Shown here in pieces: positions 9,971 to 20,158 of a stretch of DNA of 64,000 nt. Positions within the stretch are counted from its first letter, which is position 1, and the number at the start of each line of letters is the position of its first letter. The notes beneath the pieces were generated by a model. It saw only the letters and a list, made by a program, of their open reading frames with translations. It was not told the DNA's origin and made no database searches. This stretch comes from an uncultured Actinomycetota bacterium (GTDB lineage: Bacteria > Actinomycetota > Actinomycetes > JAHEKZ01). The translations under genes and the position numbers were made by a program. The stretch covers positions 2,528,001-2,592,000 of the forward strand of contig CAWHIJ010000003.1 in assembly GCA_963829525.1 (NCBI GenBank). The letters are read 5' to 3'.

Positions 9971-10801
9971 ATGTGCCGTTGGATGGCGTACTCCGGATCA
10001 CCGGTGCTGCTCGAAGACCTGCTCTACCGGCCGAAGCACTCCTTGATCGACCAGAGCCTGCACTCCAGACTCGGCGCTGAGACCACCAACGGCGACGGCT
10101 TCGGTGTTGGCTGGTACGGCATCGGCGTGGAGCCAGCGGTGTTCCGCAGCATCGAACCGGCATGGAACGACCGCAACCTCCGCGAGCTCTCTCGCCAGAT
10201 CACATCGCGTCTCGTCTTCGCACACGTGAGGGCGTCCAGCGGCGGCGCGATCCAGCAGACGAACTGCCACCCGTTTCGACATGAGAACTGGCTCTGGATG
10301 CACAACGGCCTCATCTTCGACTTCGGCCTGCTGAAGCGCGACCTGATCCTTCAGATCGAGCCCGACCTCTACCCGAACATTGAGGGGTCAGCCGACTCAG
10401 AGGTCTTCTTCTATCTCGCGCTGTCCTTGGGGTTGCGCGAAGACCCGCCCACGGCAGTCGGCCGTGCGGCCGGCCTCATCGAAGAGGTGGCTCGCCAGCA
10501 CGGGGTCAAGAACCCACTGCAGATGTCGGTTGCCACCTCTGACGGATCGACGATCTGGGCGTTCCGGTACTCCAGCGACGGCAAAGCGCGATCGCTCTTC
10601 TACAGCACCGACGAGGAGACCTTGCGCCGCATGTATCCCGACAACGAGGTTCTGCAGCAGCTCAGCGCAGAGTCACGGTTGGTCGTTTCCGAGCCGCTGA
10701 CGGACCTTCCCGGCGTCTGGAACGAGGTTCCCGAGTCGTCGTATGTCGTTGTGCGTGGTGGCCACGACAACTTTCTTCCGTTCGTCCCCATCGCTGGGTG
10801 A
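9971..10801 (+). CDS. Class II glutamine amidotransferase (EgtC/YafJ-like Ntn hydrolase)
   Basis: MCRWMAY N-terminal nucleophile Cys, NGDGFGVGWY, NCHPF, HNG; GGAGG RBS before ATG 9971. Confidence 0.9.
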   Translation: MCRWMAYSGSPVLLEDLLYRPKHSLIDQSLHSRLGAETTNGDGFGVGWYGIGVEPAVFRSIEPAWNDRNLRELSRQITSRLVFAHVRASSGGAIQQTNCHPFRHENWLWMHNGLIFDFGLLKRDLILQIEPDLYPNIEGSADSEVFFYLALSLGLREDPPTAVGRAAGLIEEVARQHGVKNPLQMSVATSDGSTIWAFRYSSDGKARSLFYSTDEETLRRMYPDNEVLQQLSAESRLVVSEPLTDLPGVWNEVPESSYVVVRGGHDNFLPFVPIAG

Positions 10802-10807
10802 CGGCAG

Positions 10808-12001
10808 TCAGACGGTCATCAGGAAACGCTCTACGTCCGCGGCATTGCTGTAGTGAGAGAGACTTACTCGGACCGCACTGCCCGAGTCACGGATGCCGAG
10901 CGCACGGGTGACCTCGTATGCGTAGTTGTGGCCATGCCAGGCGTTGATGTCGGCATCGGCGAGACGCTGTGCCGTCTGCTCGGGGCTTTCACCGGCCACT
11001 CGGAAGTAGACCGTCGCGGTACGGCTCTTCGGATGCCCATAGAGCGTTATCCGCTCGTCACCCGCAAGAGTGGCCAACATCTGATCAAGAAGCTGTGTCT
11101 CGTGCTCATGCGCCGCCCCGAGCGAGGTGACCAGACGCTCCCGACGTGAACCTCGGGCCTCCGCGTCGAGCGCGGCCAGGTGGTCGACGGCAGCCGTCAC
11201 GCCAGCGAAGTTGGCGTATGACGGCGTGCCCCACTCGAAGCGGTCGGGAACATCGTTCGAAGACGACGCCAGCTTGAAGGGAGAGATCTGCTCGAGCAGC
11301 CGCGGGTCCGCGATCAGACACCCCACATGCGGACCATCCCACTTGTACGCGCTCGTGACAAAGATGTCGGATCCGAGCTCTGCAACATCGACCACACCGT
11401 GTGCGGTGGAGTGCACCCCGTCCACGTAAGCCAAGGCACCAACGGCATGGGCAACGTCGGTGATGGCGCGCACATCGGGCCGGGTACCTAGCACGTTGCT
11501 GGCCCCAGTGACGGCCACAAGGCGTGTCCGTTCGTCGACCAGCTCGCTGTACTGGTCAGCCGGAAGCTCGCCTGACTCCACATCGACCCGGGCCCACCTG
11601 ACCTCGACGCCGGACGCCTCAGCCCACTGGACCCACGGACGCACGTTGGCGTCGTGGTCGAGCTCGGACACCACTACGTTGTCGCCCTCTTTCCAGCCAC
11701 GAGCGAGGGCCTGCGCGAACCGGTAGGTCAAGGTGGTCATGTTCGGTCCGAGGACCACGCCGCGCGGCTCACTCGCTCCGACAAGATCGGCGACTGCCGA
11801 CCGCGCAGCCGCCGCGTACTCGTCCGCAGCACGGCTGCTTGCAAAGACTCCCCCGCCATTGCTAGTTCCCGAGCGGTATGTCTCGGCAATCGCCTCGATC
11901 ACCGACGTCGGCGACTGAGTGCCGGCGGCACCATCGAGCCAGACGCGATTGCCCGCGAGAGCCGGGTAGAGCGCCCGGATGCCTTCGACGTCGTAGCTCA
12001 T
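10808..12001 (-). CDS. Cysteine desulfurase-like class V PLP-dependent enzyme
   Basis: WLDGAAGTQ, LDHDANVRPW, VDGVH, PLP lysine SAYKW; start MSYDV right after the gdh stop. Confidence 0.88.
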   Translation of the reverse strand: MSYDVEGIRALYPALAGNRVWLDGAAGTQSPTSVIEAIAETYRSGTSNGGGVFASSRAADEYAAAARSAVADLVGASEPRGVVLGPNMTTLTYRFAQALARGWKEGDNVVVSELDHDANVRPWVQWAEASGVEVRWARVDVESGELPADQYSELVDERTRLVAVTGASNVLGTRPDVRAITDVAHAVGALAYVDGVHSTAHGVVDVAELGSDIFVTSAYKWDGPHVGCLIADPRLLEQISPFKLASSSNDVPDRFEWGTPSYANFAGVTAAVDHLAALDAEARGSRRERLVTSLGAAHEHETQLLDQMLATLAGDERITLYGHPKSRTATVYFRVAGESPEQTAQRLADADINAWHGHNYAYEVTRALGIRDSGSAVRVSLSHYSNAADVERFLMTV

Positions 12002-12002
12002 C

Positions 12003-15000
12003 TCATGCCCTACTTCCTGCCGTTGCGACCAAGGTACGGACAACTCGCAGGGCTACCGAGAGGGTGGCCAGGTCGAAGCTGTCACTCGAGGCAATCTCGT
12101 GCAGAGTGTTTCCCGCCCTGCCAAGACCCTCGGCATTGGCGTTCTCCCAGTCGGTGATTCGCTCCTCGGGGCTGCCACCTTCTGGCGTCAAGGTGAGGAC
12201 GTTCGACGTCAATCCGGCGAGTGCACCATAGAGGTCGTACCTTAGAGCCATTCGCGCCAGCGCGTGCCACCGCTCATCACGTGGAAGCTCGGTAATCCGA
12301 TTGAGCATCTTGTCGACCTCAAAGCGGTCAGAGAGCGCGAAGTAGACGAACCCTACGTCGTCGGCTTCTTCGCCGGTGGCATTGGCCAACTCGACGATAT
12401 CGAGCAGTGAGAAAGCGTCGAGGTGGGCAGCGGTGACAAGAGCCAGCTCGTCAGGCACACCCTGCCCGGTGTACTCCGCCACACGACGCAGGAGTCGCTC
12501 CTGCTCAGCGCCCCGAAGCATCTGCGGAATTTCAGTGATGAGACCCTTCACCTGCGAGAAGTGCTCGATCTCAGCGTCGATCTCGAGCAGTGAACGGCGG
12601 CTCTGCAAGAGCCACCGTGACGCCCGGTCGAGTAGGCGTCGGCTCTCGAGATAGAGCCCGGACTGGGCTCGAACAGGGACGCGGTTATCGAGCTCAGCAA
12701 CCCGTGACCAGAACTCGTCAAGCCCGAAGACCTCGCGAACCACCGTGTGAGCCCTCGCGATCTCGACCGGAGTGGCACCCGTCTCCTCCATGGCCCTGAA
12801 GCCAAAGGTGATTCCTCCCCTGTTGATGATCTGGTTCACGACAACCGTCGTGATGATCTCGCGGCGGAGGGGATGCCCAGCTAGCCGATCGGCGTAGCGA
12901 GAACTGATCGCAGACGGGAAGTATGACTCCAGTACCCGCTGGAAGTACGGCTCGTCCGGAAGGGGGCTGTCGAGCAGGTCGTCAGCGAGAACCATCTTGG
13001 AGTAGGCCACCAGCACCGAGAACTCAGGTGACGTCAGACCACCCCCTAGTGCGTCGAGTCGGTCGATCTCGGCATCGGACGGCAAGAACTCCAGTGACCT
13101 GTTGAGCTCATCACGCTCCTCGAGCCATCGCATGAAACGCTTGTGAACCGGGAGCATCGAGTGACTTTGCGCTCGTGCGTTGGCCAGCAAGACGTTCTGC
13201 TCGTAGTTGTGACTCAGCACATGCTCGGCGACGTCATCGGTCATCTCCGCCAACAGCTCATTGCGCTGCTTCTGCGTCAGATCGCCTGACCGCACCACGG
13301 AGTCGAGCAGGATCTTGATGTTGACCTCGTGGTCGGACGTATCAACTCCAGCCGAGTTGTCGATTGCATCGGTGTTGATGAGTACCCCTGCTCGCGATGC
13401 TTCGATGCGACCAAGCTGGGTGAAGCCGAGGTTTCCGCCCTCGCCGACCACGCGGACTCGCAGGTCGGCCCCGTTGATACGGATGGCGTCATTGGCTTTG
13501 TCGCCGGCCTCCGACGACGACTCCGAGGTGGACTTGACATAGGTGCCGATCCCGCCGTTCCAGAGCAGGTCTACGGGGGCGCGGAGGATCGCCCGCATCA
13601 GCTCCTGTGGGGTCTTTGAACCGATGTCCTCGGGAAGTCCAAGCACCTGCGCTACCTGCGGGCTGACCGGGACGGCTTTCAGAGTGCGCGCGTAGACGCC
13701 TCCGCCATCTGAAAGCAGAGACTGGTCGTAGTCCTCCCAACTGGACCGAGGAAGCTCGAACAACCGCTTGCGCTCCGCGAAGGACGACGCGACATCAGGG
13801 CTTGGGTCTAGGAAGATGTGTCGGTGGTCGAACGCTGCCACGAGCCTGATGTGCTCGGAGAGCAACATTCCGTTCCCGAACACGTCTCCGGACATGTCGC
13901 CGATGCCAATGACCGAGAAATCGTCGGTCTGGGTGTTCAAGCCGAGCTCGCGGAAGTGGTGCGCAACCGACACCCACGCACCACGCGCGGTGATCCCCAT
14001 CGCCTTGTGGTCGTAGCCCACTGACCCACCGGATGCGAAAGCGTCGCCGAGCCAGAAACCGTAGCTTTGTGCAATGCCGTTGGCGATGTCAGAGAACGTG
14101 GCGGTCCCCTTGTCAGCAGCTACCACAAGGTAAGGATCGTCACCGTCACGGCGCACGACATCAGCCGGCGGTACCACCGAGGACTCCACCAAGTTGTCGG
14201 TGATGTCGAGGAGCGCGCTGATGAACGTGCGGTAGGAGGCAACTCCCTCGGCCAACCACGCCTCACGGCCGTCAATCGCCGGGTCGGGAAGTCGCTTGGG
14301 AAGGAAGCCACCCTTGGCCCCGACTGGAACGATGACTGCATTCTTCACTGCTTGCGCCTTCACCAGACCCAAGATCTCAGTCCGGAAGTCTTCCCGACGG
14401 TCAGACCATCGGAGCCCGCCTCGTGCGACAGCTCCAAAACGTAGATGGACACCCTCGACTCGCGGCGAGTAGACCCAGATTTCGAACTTCGGGCGGGGAA
14501 GTGGCAGGTCAGGGATGGCAGCCGGATCGAGCTTGAAGGATACGTACGACTTAGGTCCACCATCCTCACTGACCTGGTAGTAGTTGGTACGGAGAGTGGC
14601 GTTGATGAGCGATAGCAGCGATCGAATAATCCGGTCCTGGTCGAGGCTACTGACCGCGTCCAGGCCCTCACGCACCTCTGTGGTCAGCTGCTCAGCGGTG
14701 CCCTCGCGGTCACCGGGGAACTTCGGATCAAACCGAGTCTCAAAGAGCCGAACAAGCAGTCGCACGAGCTCGACATGCGCGGCCAGCGACTCCTCGATGT
14801 ACTCCTGGCTAAAGGTCGCCCCAGCTTGCCTCAGGTACTTGACGTAGGCCCGCAGCACCATCGCTTGCCGCCAGTGGAGGCCGGCCGAGACGACCAACCC
14901 GTTGAACCCGTCGGACTCAGCCAGCCCTGACCAAACCGCGCCAAATGCGTCCTGGAAGAGCACCTTCAGCTGTTCGGTGGCGGTAGTTACCTGACCAGAG

Positions 15001-16868
15001 GCCACGCCACGGTGGTAGAGCCCGAAGTCGTAGAGCCAAATCCTGGTGCCGTCGGCGAGGTCGACCTCGTACGGTCGCTCGTCGAGGACCTCCACCCCCA
15101 TGCGTTGCAGGTAAGGAAGCACCTGCGACAGCGAGATCTCCGTTCCGACGCGGTAGATCTTGAACCTGAGCTCACCAACTTCTGCGCCAAGTGGCTCGTA
15201 GAGGTTCATGCCAAGTGGTCCGTCCGGCCTAAGCGCCTCCATGCGCCGGATGTCGGCAACAGCAAGCCGTGCAGGGAAGTCCTCCTTGTACGCCTCGGGA
15301 AATGCATCCGCGTACTTCTTGAGCAGTACGACAGCGTCGGCCTCACCGAGCTGGTCCAGGAGGGCATCGGCCAAGTCGTCATCCCAGGTGCGTGTTGCCT
15401 GCGTGAGCCGAGCTTCGAGAATATCGGCATCAACTTTCGGGATCGTGCTTCCAGCTGCACCGCGGACGACGTAGTGCAGGCGGGCGAGCACCGACTCAGA
15501 GACGCGCGCCGTGTAGTCGGCGCTTTCGGCACCGAAAACTTCCAGCAGGATCGACTCCATCGCCAGGCGAACTTGCGTTGTGTAGCGATCCCGTGGCAGA
15601 TAGACAAGGGCCGATGCGAAGCGGCCATAGACGTCGTAGCGCAGGAAGAGTCGGACTTGGCGGCGCTCCTGGAGGTGCATGACACTGACCGCGATAGGCA
15701 TCAGCTCATCGACGTCCATCTGGAAGATCTCGTCGCGCGGATACGTTTCGAGGATCTGCAGCAGGTCCTTGCCGCTGTGGCTCATGGCCGCAAAACCGCT
15801 GGTCTCGAGAATCGACTTCACCTTGCGACGGAGCACGGGGATACGGGTGACACTCTCGCTGTAGGCGGAGGTCGTGAACAGGCCGAGGATTCGCCGCTCA
15901 CCCGTGACGTTGCCTTGCGCGTCGAATGTCTTGATGCCGATGTAGTCAAGGTAGGCGGGCCGATGAACCGTTGAGCGGCTGTTGGCCTTGGTAAGAATCA
16001 AGAGCTGCTTCTCGCGGGCCTTGGCCCGCACCTCCGGCGGCAGCTTGCTGAAGGCCGACGACTCAGTGTGGTCCCTGCGCAAGAGTCCCAGCCCGGTTCC
16101 CGCCTTGGTGACGAGAACATCCTCACCGTCGTGCTCCCGCAGCTCGTACTCGCGGTAGCCGAGGAACGTGAAGTGCTCGTCGATCAGCCACCGAAGCAGT
16201 TCCCACGCGTCGGCGACCTCTTCGGGAGGCAGCGGTGGCGGTGACTCGTGCAGCTCATCTGCCAACCGCTGGGCGGCCTCACGCATCTTCGCCCAGTCCT
16301 CGACGGCATCTCGCACGTCTCGTAGCACATCGGAGAGACGACGTTCAACTGCACGCAGTCGATCCGGATCAGAGATCCGGTCAACTTCGAAGTGCATCCA
16401 TGACTCAGAAACCACACCTGGGCCCTGTCGCTCTTCACGGGTGAGGAGCATGCGTCGCAGCTCACCCACCAGACTGCGCTCGACAGTGAACTGCGGGTGC
16501 ACCACGAGATGCAGGGAGAGGCCCTCCTGCGCCAGAGTCGAGGTGACCGAATCGACAAGGAAGGGCATGTCGTCGGTGACGATCTCGACGACGGTGTGGG
16601 GAGACACCCACCCGTGAGAGTCCAGCGTCGGGTTGAAGACGCGAACCTGTGCCGTTCCCACCGGCCGTTCAGCAGCGAGTCTCCGCTGCGACACTGCTGC
16701 ACCGAAGACGTCAACCGGGTCTCGTCCGACCAGACCCTCGTCCGACACGTGGCGGTAGTACGCCCGGAGGAATTCCGGCAGATCGGGCAGGTCTTCGACC
16801 GAGCGCTCGGCTTCAACGACAGCCCGGCTGATCAAATCTGACTTGGCAACACCTGCGTTGCTCAGCAT
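12003..16868 (-). CDS. gdhB: Large NAD-specific glutamate dehydrogenase
   Basis: 1621 aa; RGGLRWSDR, VKNAVIVPVGAKGGF, YLVVAADKGTATFSD, GIGDMSGDVFGNG, DAIDNSAGV. Confidence 0.96.
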   Translation of the reverse strand: MLSNAGVAKSDLISRAVVEAERSVEDLPDLPEFLRAYYRHVSDEGLVGRDPVDVFGAAVSQRRLAAERPVGTAQVRVFNPTLDSHGWVSPHTVVEIVTDDMPFLVDSVTSTLAQEGLSLHLVVHPQFTVERSLVGELRRMLLTREERQGPGVVSESWMHFEVDRISDPDRLRAVERRLSDVLRDVRDAVEDWAKMREAAQRLADELHESPPPLPPEEVADAWELLRWLIDEHFTFLGYREYELREHDGEDVLVTKAGTGLGLLRRDHTESSAFSKLPPEVRAKAREKQLLILTKANSRSTVHRPAYLDYIGIKTFDAQGNVTGERRILGLFTTSAYSESVTRIPVLRRKVKSILETSGFAAMSHSGKDLLQILETYPRDEIFQMDVDELMPIAVSVMHLQERRQVRLFLRYDVYGRFASALVYLPRDRYTTQVRLAMESILLEVFGAESADYTARVSESVLARLHYVVRGAAGSTIPKVDADILEARLTQATRTWDDDLADALLDQLGEADAVVLLKKYADAFPEAYKEDFPARLAVADIRRMEALRPDGPLGMNLYEPLGAEVGELRFKIYRVGTEISLSQVLPYLQRMGVEVLDERPYEVDLADGTRIWLYDFGLYHRGVASGQVTTATEQLKVLFQDAFGAVWSGLAESDGFNGLVVSAGLHWRQAMVLRAYVKYLRQAGATFSQEYIEESLAAHVELVRLLVRLFETRFDPKFPGDREGTAEQLTTEVREGLDAVSSLDQDRIIRSLLSLINATLRTNYYQVSEDGGPKSYVSFKLDPAAIPDLPLPRPKFEIWVYSPRVEGVHLRFGAVARGGLRWSDRREDFRTEILGLVKAQAVKNAVIVPVGAKGGFLPKRLPDPAIDGREAWLAEGVASYRTFISALLDITDNLVESSVVPPADVVRRDGDDPYLVVAADKGTATFSDIANGIAQSYGFWLGDAFASGGSVGYDHKAMGITARGAWVSVAHHFRELGLNTQTDDFSVIGIGDMSGDVFGNGMLLSEHIRLVAAFDHRHIFLDPSPDVASSFAERKRLFELPRSSWEDYDQSLLSDGGGVYARTLKAVPVSPQVAQVLGLPEDIGSKTPQELMRAILRAPVDLLWNGGIGTYVKSTSESSSEAGDKANDAIRINGADLRVRVVGEGGNLGFTQLGRIEASRAGVLINTDAIDNSAGVDTSDHEVNIKILLDSVVRSGDLTQKQRNELLAEMTDDVAEHVLSHNYEQNVLLANARAQSHSMLPVHKRFMRWLEERDELNRSLEFLPSDAEIDRLDALGGGLTSPEFSVLVAYSKMVLADDLLDSPLPDEPYFQRVLESYFPSAISSRYADRLAGHPLRREIITTVVVNQIINRGGITFGFRAMEETGATPVEIARAHTVVREVFGLDEFWSRVAELDNRVPVRAQSGLYLESRRLLDRASRWLLQSRRSLLEIDAEIEHFSQVKGLITEIPQMLRGAEQERLLRRVAEYTGQGVPDELALVTAAHLDAFSLLDIVELANATGEEADDVGFVYFALSDRFEVDKMLNRITELPRDERWHALARMALRYDLYGALAGLTSNVLTLTPEGGSPEERITDWENANAEGLGRAGNTLHEIASSDSFDLATLSVALRVVRTLVATAGSRA

Positions 16869-16969
16869 CGACGAGCTGCTCCCGTTCCGTCGGTCGGCCG
16901 GGGCCTCAGCCTACCGCCCGCGAGCGGTCAGTGCTTGATCCGGGTGCCCGGCCGAGCGCGCCGGTCCCA

Positions 16970-18631
16970 TCAGACGAATCTGTCGGTCTGGCTGTCCCTG
17001 CTGCCGTGTCCGAAGTACGCGCCGCCGGCGACCTTTGGCGGCACCATCGTCTCCTTGATCGCTCGCGGGCTGACCCACCGCATCAAGTTCAGCGGACTGC
17101 CAGCCTTGTCGTTGGTCCCGCTGGCTCTCGCGCCGCCGAATGGCTGCTGGCCAACGACGGCACCGGTCGGTTTGTCGTTCACGTAGAAGTTGCCAGCGGC
17201 GAATCGGAGTTTTTCGGCGACCTTCGCCACAACGCCCCGGTCACGAGCGACGACTGATCCGGTCAGGGCGTAGGGGCTGATCCCCTCCATCTGGTCGAGC
17301 ATGGTGTCGAAATGGTCATCTTCGTATACATGGATTCCCAGGATCGGCCCGAAGTACTCAGAACGGAAGATGTCATGTGTTGGATCGGCACTCACAAGAA
17401 CTGTCGGTCGAACAAACCATCCTTCGGCATCATCAGTTGTCCCCCCCGCAAGAACCTCCACGTCAGGATCGGAGGCGGCGCGCTGGAGCACATCTGCATG
17501 CTTGGCGAAGGCCCGTTGGTCGATTACCGCTCCCATGAAGTTGGAGAGGTCGGTGACATCACCCATCGTGAGACCGTCAACATCGGACGCGAGTGCGTCT
17601 CTCAACTCGCCCCAGAGGCTGCGGGGGACGTAGGCGCGCGAGGCCGCAGAGCACTTCTGTCCCTGATACTCGAAGGCACCACGGACCAGAGAGGTGCGCA
17701 GTACGTCGATGTCAGCAGACGAATGCGCGACCACGAAGTCCTTCCCTCCCGTCTCTCCCACCAGCCGCGGATAGGAGCGGTATGACGTGAGGTTCTCGGC
17801 CATCCGCTTCCAGAACGACTGGAACACCGGAGTTGATCCGGTGAAGTGAATTCCGGCCAGATCGCGGTCGGCAAAGACCACGTCACTGGTCTGTGTGCCG
17901 TGGCCAGTCACCATGTTGATCACTCCGGGTGGCAGGCCAGCCTCCACCAGCAGCTCCATCAGCAGCGAGGCCGCGAACTGCTGGGACGACGCTGGTTTCC
18001 ACACAACGGTGTTACCCATGAGCGCCGGGGCGGTTGGCAGGTTCCCGGCGATAGCAGTGAAGTTGAACGGTGTGACGGCGTAGACGAATCCCTCAAGCGG
18101 GCGATGGTCGAGCCGGTTCCAGACCCCAGGGGATGAAATCGGCTGCTCGCCCAGCACCTGCTTCCCGAAGGCGACGTTGAAGCGCCAGAAGTCGATCAGC
18201 TCACAGGCAGCGTCGATCTCGGCCTGAAAGGCGGTCTTGGACTGCCCGAGCATCGTCGCCGCGTTGAGCCGGTCTCGCCACGGTCCGGCAAGCAGGTCGG
18301 CGGCGCGCAGCAAGATCGCGGCCCGGTCGTCGTAGGAAAGCGCACGCCACTCGGGAGCTGCAGCCTTTGCCGCCGCCACAGCGTTGCTGGCGTCCGCAGC
18401 GGTGGTGTCCCGAAGTCGACCAAGAATGTGATGTCGGTTGTGTGGCTGCACCACAGCCATCTCGTCGCCCGACCCCATCGTCGCCCGACCGCCGATGACC
18501 ATCGGCAGTTCCCGCTCGGCCCCTGCGAGGTCCTTGAGGGCAGCCTCCAGGCTGGCCCGTTCGGCCGCCCCCGGCTGGTAGACCCGAATCGGTTCGTTGC
18601 GCGGGAGTGGAACCTGTGAGACAGCGTCCAT
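16970..18631 (-). CDS. pruA: 1-pyrroline-5-carboxylate (glutamate gamma-semialdehyde) dehydrogenase
   Basis: PFNFTAIAGNL, GETGGKDF, EYQGQKCSA, EYFGP, QQPFGGARASGTNDKAG. Confidence 0.95.
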   Translation of the reverse strand: MDAVSQVPLPRNEPIRVYQPGAAERASLEAALKDLAGAERELPMVIGGRATMGSGDEMAVVQPHNRHHILGRLRDTTAADASNAVAAAKAAAPEWRALSYDDRAAILLRAADLLAGPWRDRLNAATMLGQSKTAFQAEIDAACELIDFWRFNVAFGKQVLGEQPISSPGVWNRLDHRPLEGFVYAVTPFNFTAIAGNLPTAPALMGNTVVWKPASSQQFAASLLMELLVEAGLPPGVINMVTGHGTQTSDVVFADRDLAGIHFTGSTPVFQSFWKRMAENLTSYRSYPRLVGETGGKDFVVAHSSADIDVLRTSLVRGAFEYQGQKCSAASRAYVPRSLWGELRDALASDVDGLTMGDVTDLSNFMGAVIDQRAFAKHADVLQRAASDPDVEVLAGGTTDDAEGWFVRPTVLVSADPTHDIFRSEYFGPILGIHVYEDDHFDTMLDQMEGISPYALTGSVVARDRGVVAKVAEKLRFAAGNFYVNDKPTGAVVGQQPFGGARASGTNDKAGSPLNLMRWVSPRAIKETMVPPKVAGGAYFGHGSRDSQTDRFV

Positions 18632-18721
18632 GCGATGACCTCTCACGAATCGTCGTGACCAGTGATGTGGTCATCGTGGCACGGGCCGATCACTTGCGAC
18701 AGACTGCCCGCAGCCCAGCCC

Positions 18722-20113
18722 CTATACGTCGATGCTGGCCAAGAGCTCGTCGAGCGCGTCGTGTAGGCATTGGCCAAGTACGTCGAGGTCGGGCATCGCG
18801 TCGCGGTCTCCGAACAACCCGAAGAAAACTTGACCGTCGTAGGAGGTCACGCCAATGCTGAGCGCCTGCCCCTTTGACAATGGAGATACGGGGTAGGCCT
18901 CGAGCAGGCGAGCCCCGGCCAGGTAGCGAGGCTGCTGAGGGCCGGGAGCATTGGTGACGAGAAGGTTGAACATCCGGTGTGAGAGTCCGGCCGCCATTCG
19001 TGCACCCGCAGCGTGCAACGTGGGCGGCGCAAACCCAGCAAGCCCGGCCAGTCGCTGGGCACTCACGGCTCGCCGGTCCTCCAGGCCGGCACGCATGGCG
19101 TAGGCAACCTGGTGAAGTCGCACGACCGGTGACGGCTCGCCGACGGGCATCTCGATCAGAACGGTGGCCAACGACGTTTCTTCACCGTGCTCGTTGATGC
19201 TGACAGGAACGAGTGCTCGAACCGTCGACCTTCCAGTCACCGGCTCGCCGCGCATCTGCAACCAAGCACGGAGTCCGCCGGTCACCGTGGCGAGCACGAC
19301 GTCATGGATGTTCGTGTCGTAGTGCTGACGGAGGCTACGGAAGTCCTCCAGGGGCGCTGCTGTGGTGGCAAAGCGACGCGCTTGGCCGATGTCGACGTTC
19401 AGGGGTGAGCTGGGCGCGGTGCGGGCGACCGTCCTGGCCATCCGTAGCGCGCCACCAGCCGCTGCACCCAGCCGGCCCACCGTCCGACTGAGATCGGCAA
19501 TTTCGTGTCGTACGGTGTCGACGAGGACACTTGGGCCTCCTACTACGTCAACAACCGCATCGGTGACCAGCCGCGCGGTGGAGGGTCCACGGCGCGGAAG
19601 CCAGGCGCTGCTGAGTCCCTGGTCGAGATCGGAGTCGTCTGGGCCGTCGTCGAACAGGACCTCCCCGATCTCGATCGCACCGACTCCGTCGACGAGGGCC
19701 TGATGTGTCTTTGTCACGAGGGCGATCCGACCGTCGGCCAATCCCTCGACGAGGTACATCTCCCACAAGGGCCGGCTGCGGTCAAGCGGACGGGAGAGGA
19801 CCCGAGCCACGAGCTCGTGAAGCTGATCGTCGTTTCCTGGACGCGGCAACGCCGTGCGACGTACGTGGTAGCCAAGGTCAAAGGCTTCGTCGTCGATCCA
19901 GACAGGTGCTGCGATCCCGCCTGGGACCTGTCTGACCCGCTGGCGATAGCGCGGAACGAGGTCGAGACGGGATGCCACGAGCTCGGCCAGTTGCGACGTG
20001 TCGAATGGACCTTCTGGGGGTGCGAATACCGCCAAACCGCCGAGGTGCATGGGCGTCGCAGTCTCCTCGAGATAGAGGAAGGACGCATCAAGCGGCGTCA
20101 GGCGGTCGATCAC
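18722..20113 (-). CDS. Wax ester synthase / diacylglycerol acyltransferase family
   Basis: RLTPLDASFLYLE, LDRSRPLWEMY, variant motif HQALVDG, FNLLVTNAPGP. Confidence 0.92.
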   Translation of the reverse strand: MIDRLTPLDASFLYLEETATPMHLGGLAVFAPPEGPFDTSQLAELVASRLDLVPRYRQRVRQVPGGIAAPVWIDDEAFDLGYHVRRTALPRPGNDDQLHELVARVLSRPLDRSRPLWEMYLVEGLADGRIALVTKTHQALVDGVGAIEIGEVLFDDGPDDSDLDQGLSSAWLPRRGPSTARLVTDAVVDVVGGPSVLVDTVRHEIADLSRTVGRLGAAAGGALRMARTVARTAPSSPLNVDIGQARRFATTAAPLEDFRSLRQHYDTNIHDVVLATVTGGLRAWLQMRGEPVTGRSTVRALVPVSINEHGEETSLATVLIEMPVGEPSPVVRLHQVAYAMRAGLEDRRAVSAQRLAGLAGFAPPTLHAAGARMAAGLSHRMFNLLVTNAPGPQQPRYLAGARLLEAYPVSPLSKGQALSIGVTSYDGQVFFGLFGDRDAMPDLDVLGQCLHDALDELLASIDV

Positions 20114-20158
20114 TGACCGATCGTCTCACGACGCAAGCCGACTGCATTTGGCTGCCCG

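Noticed and set aside
15012-15974. Long antisense ORFs (e.g. 320 aa here, 31258-32163, 43428-44402, 48699-49628)
   Set aside because: Expected shadow ORFs in high-GC coding DNA, with no recognisable motifs
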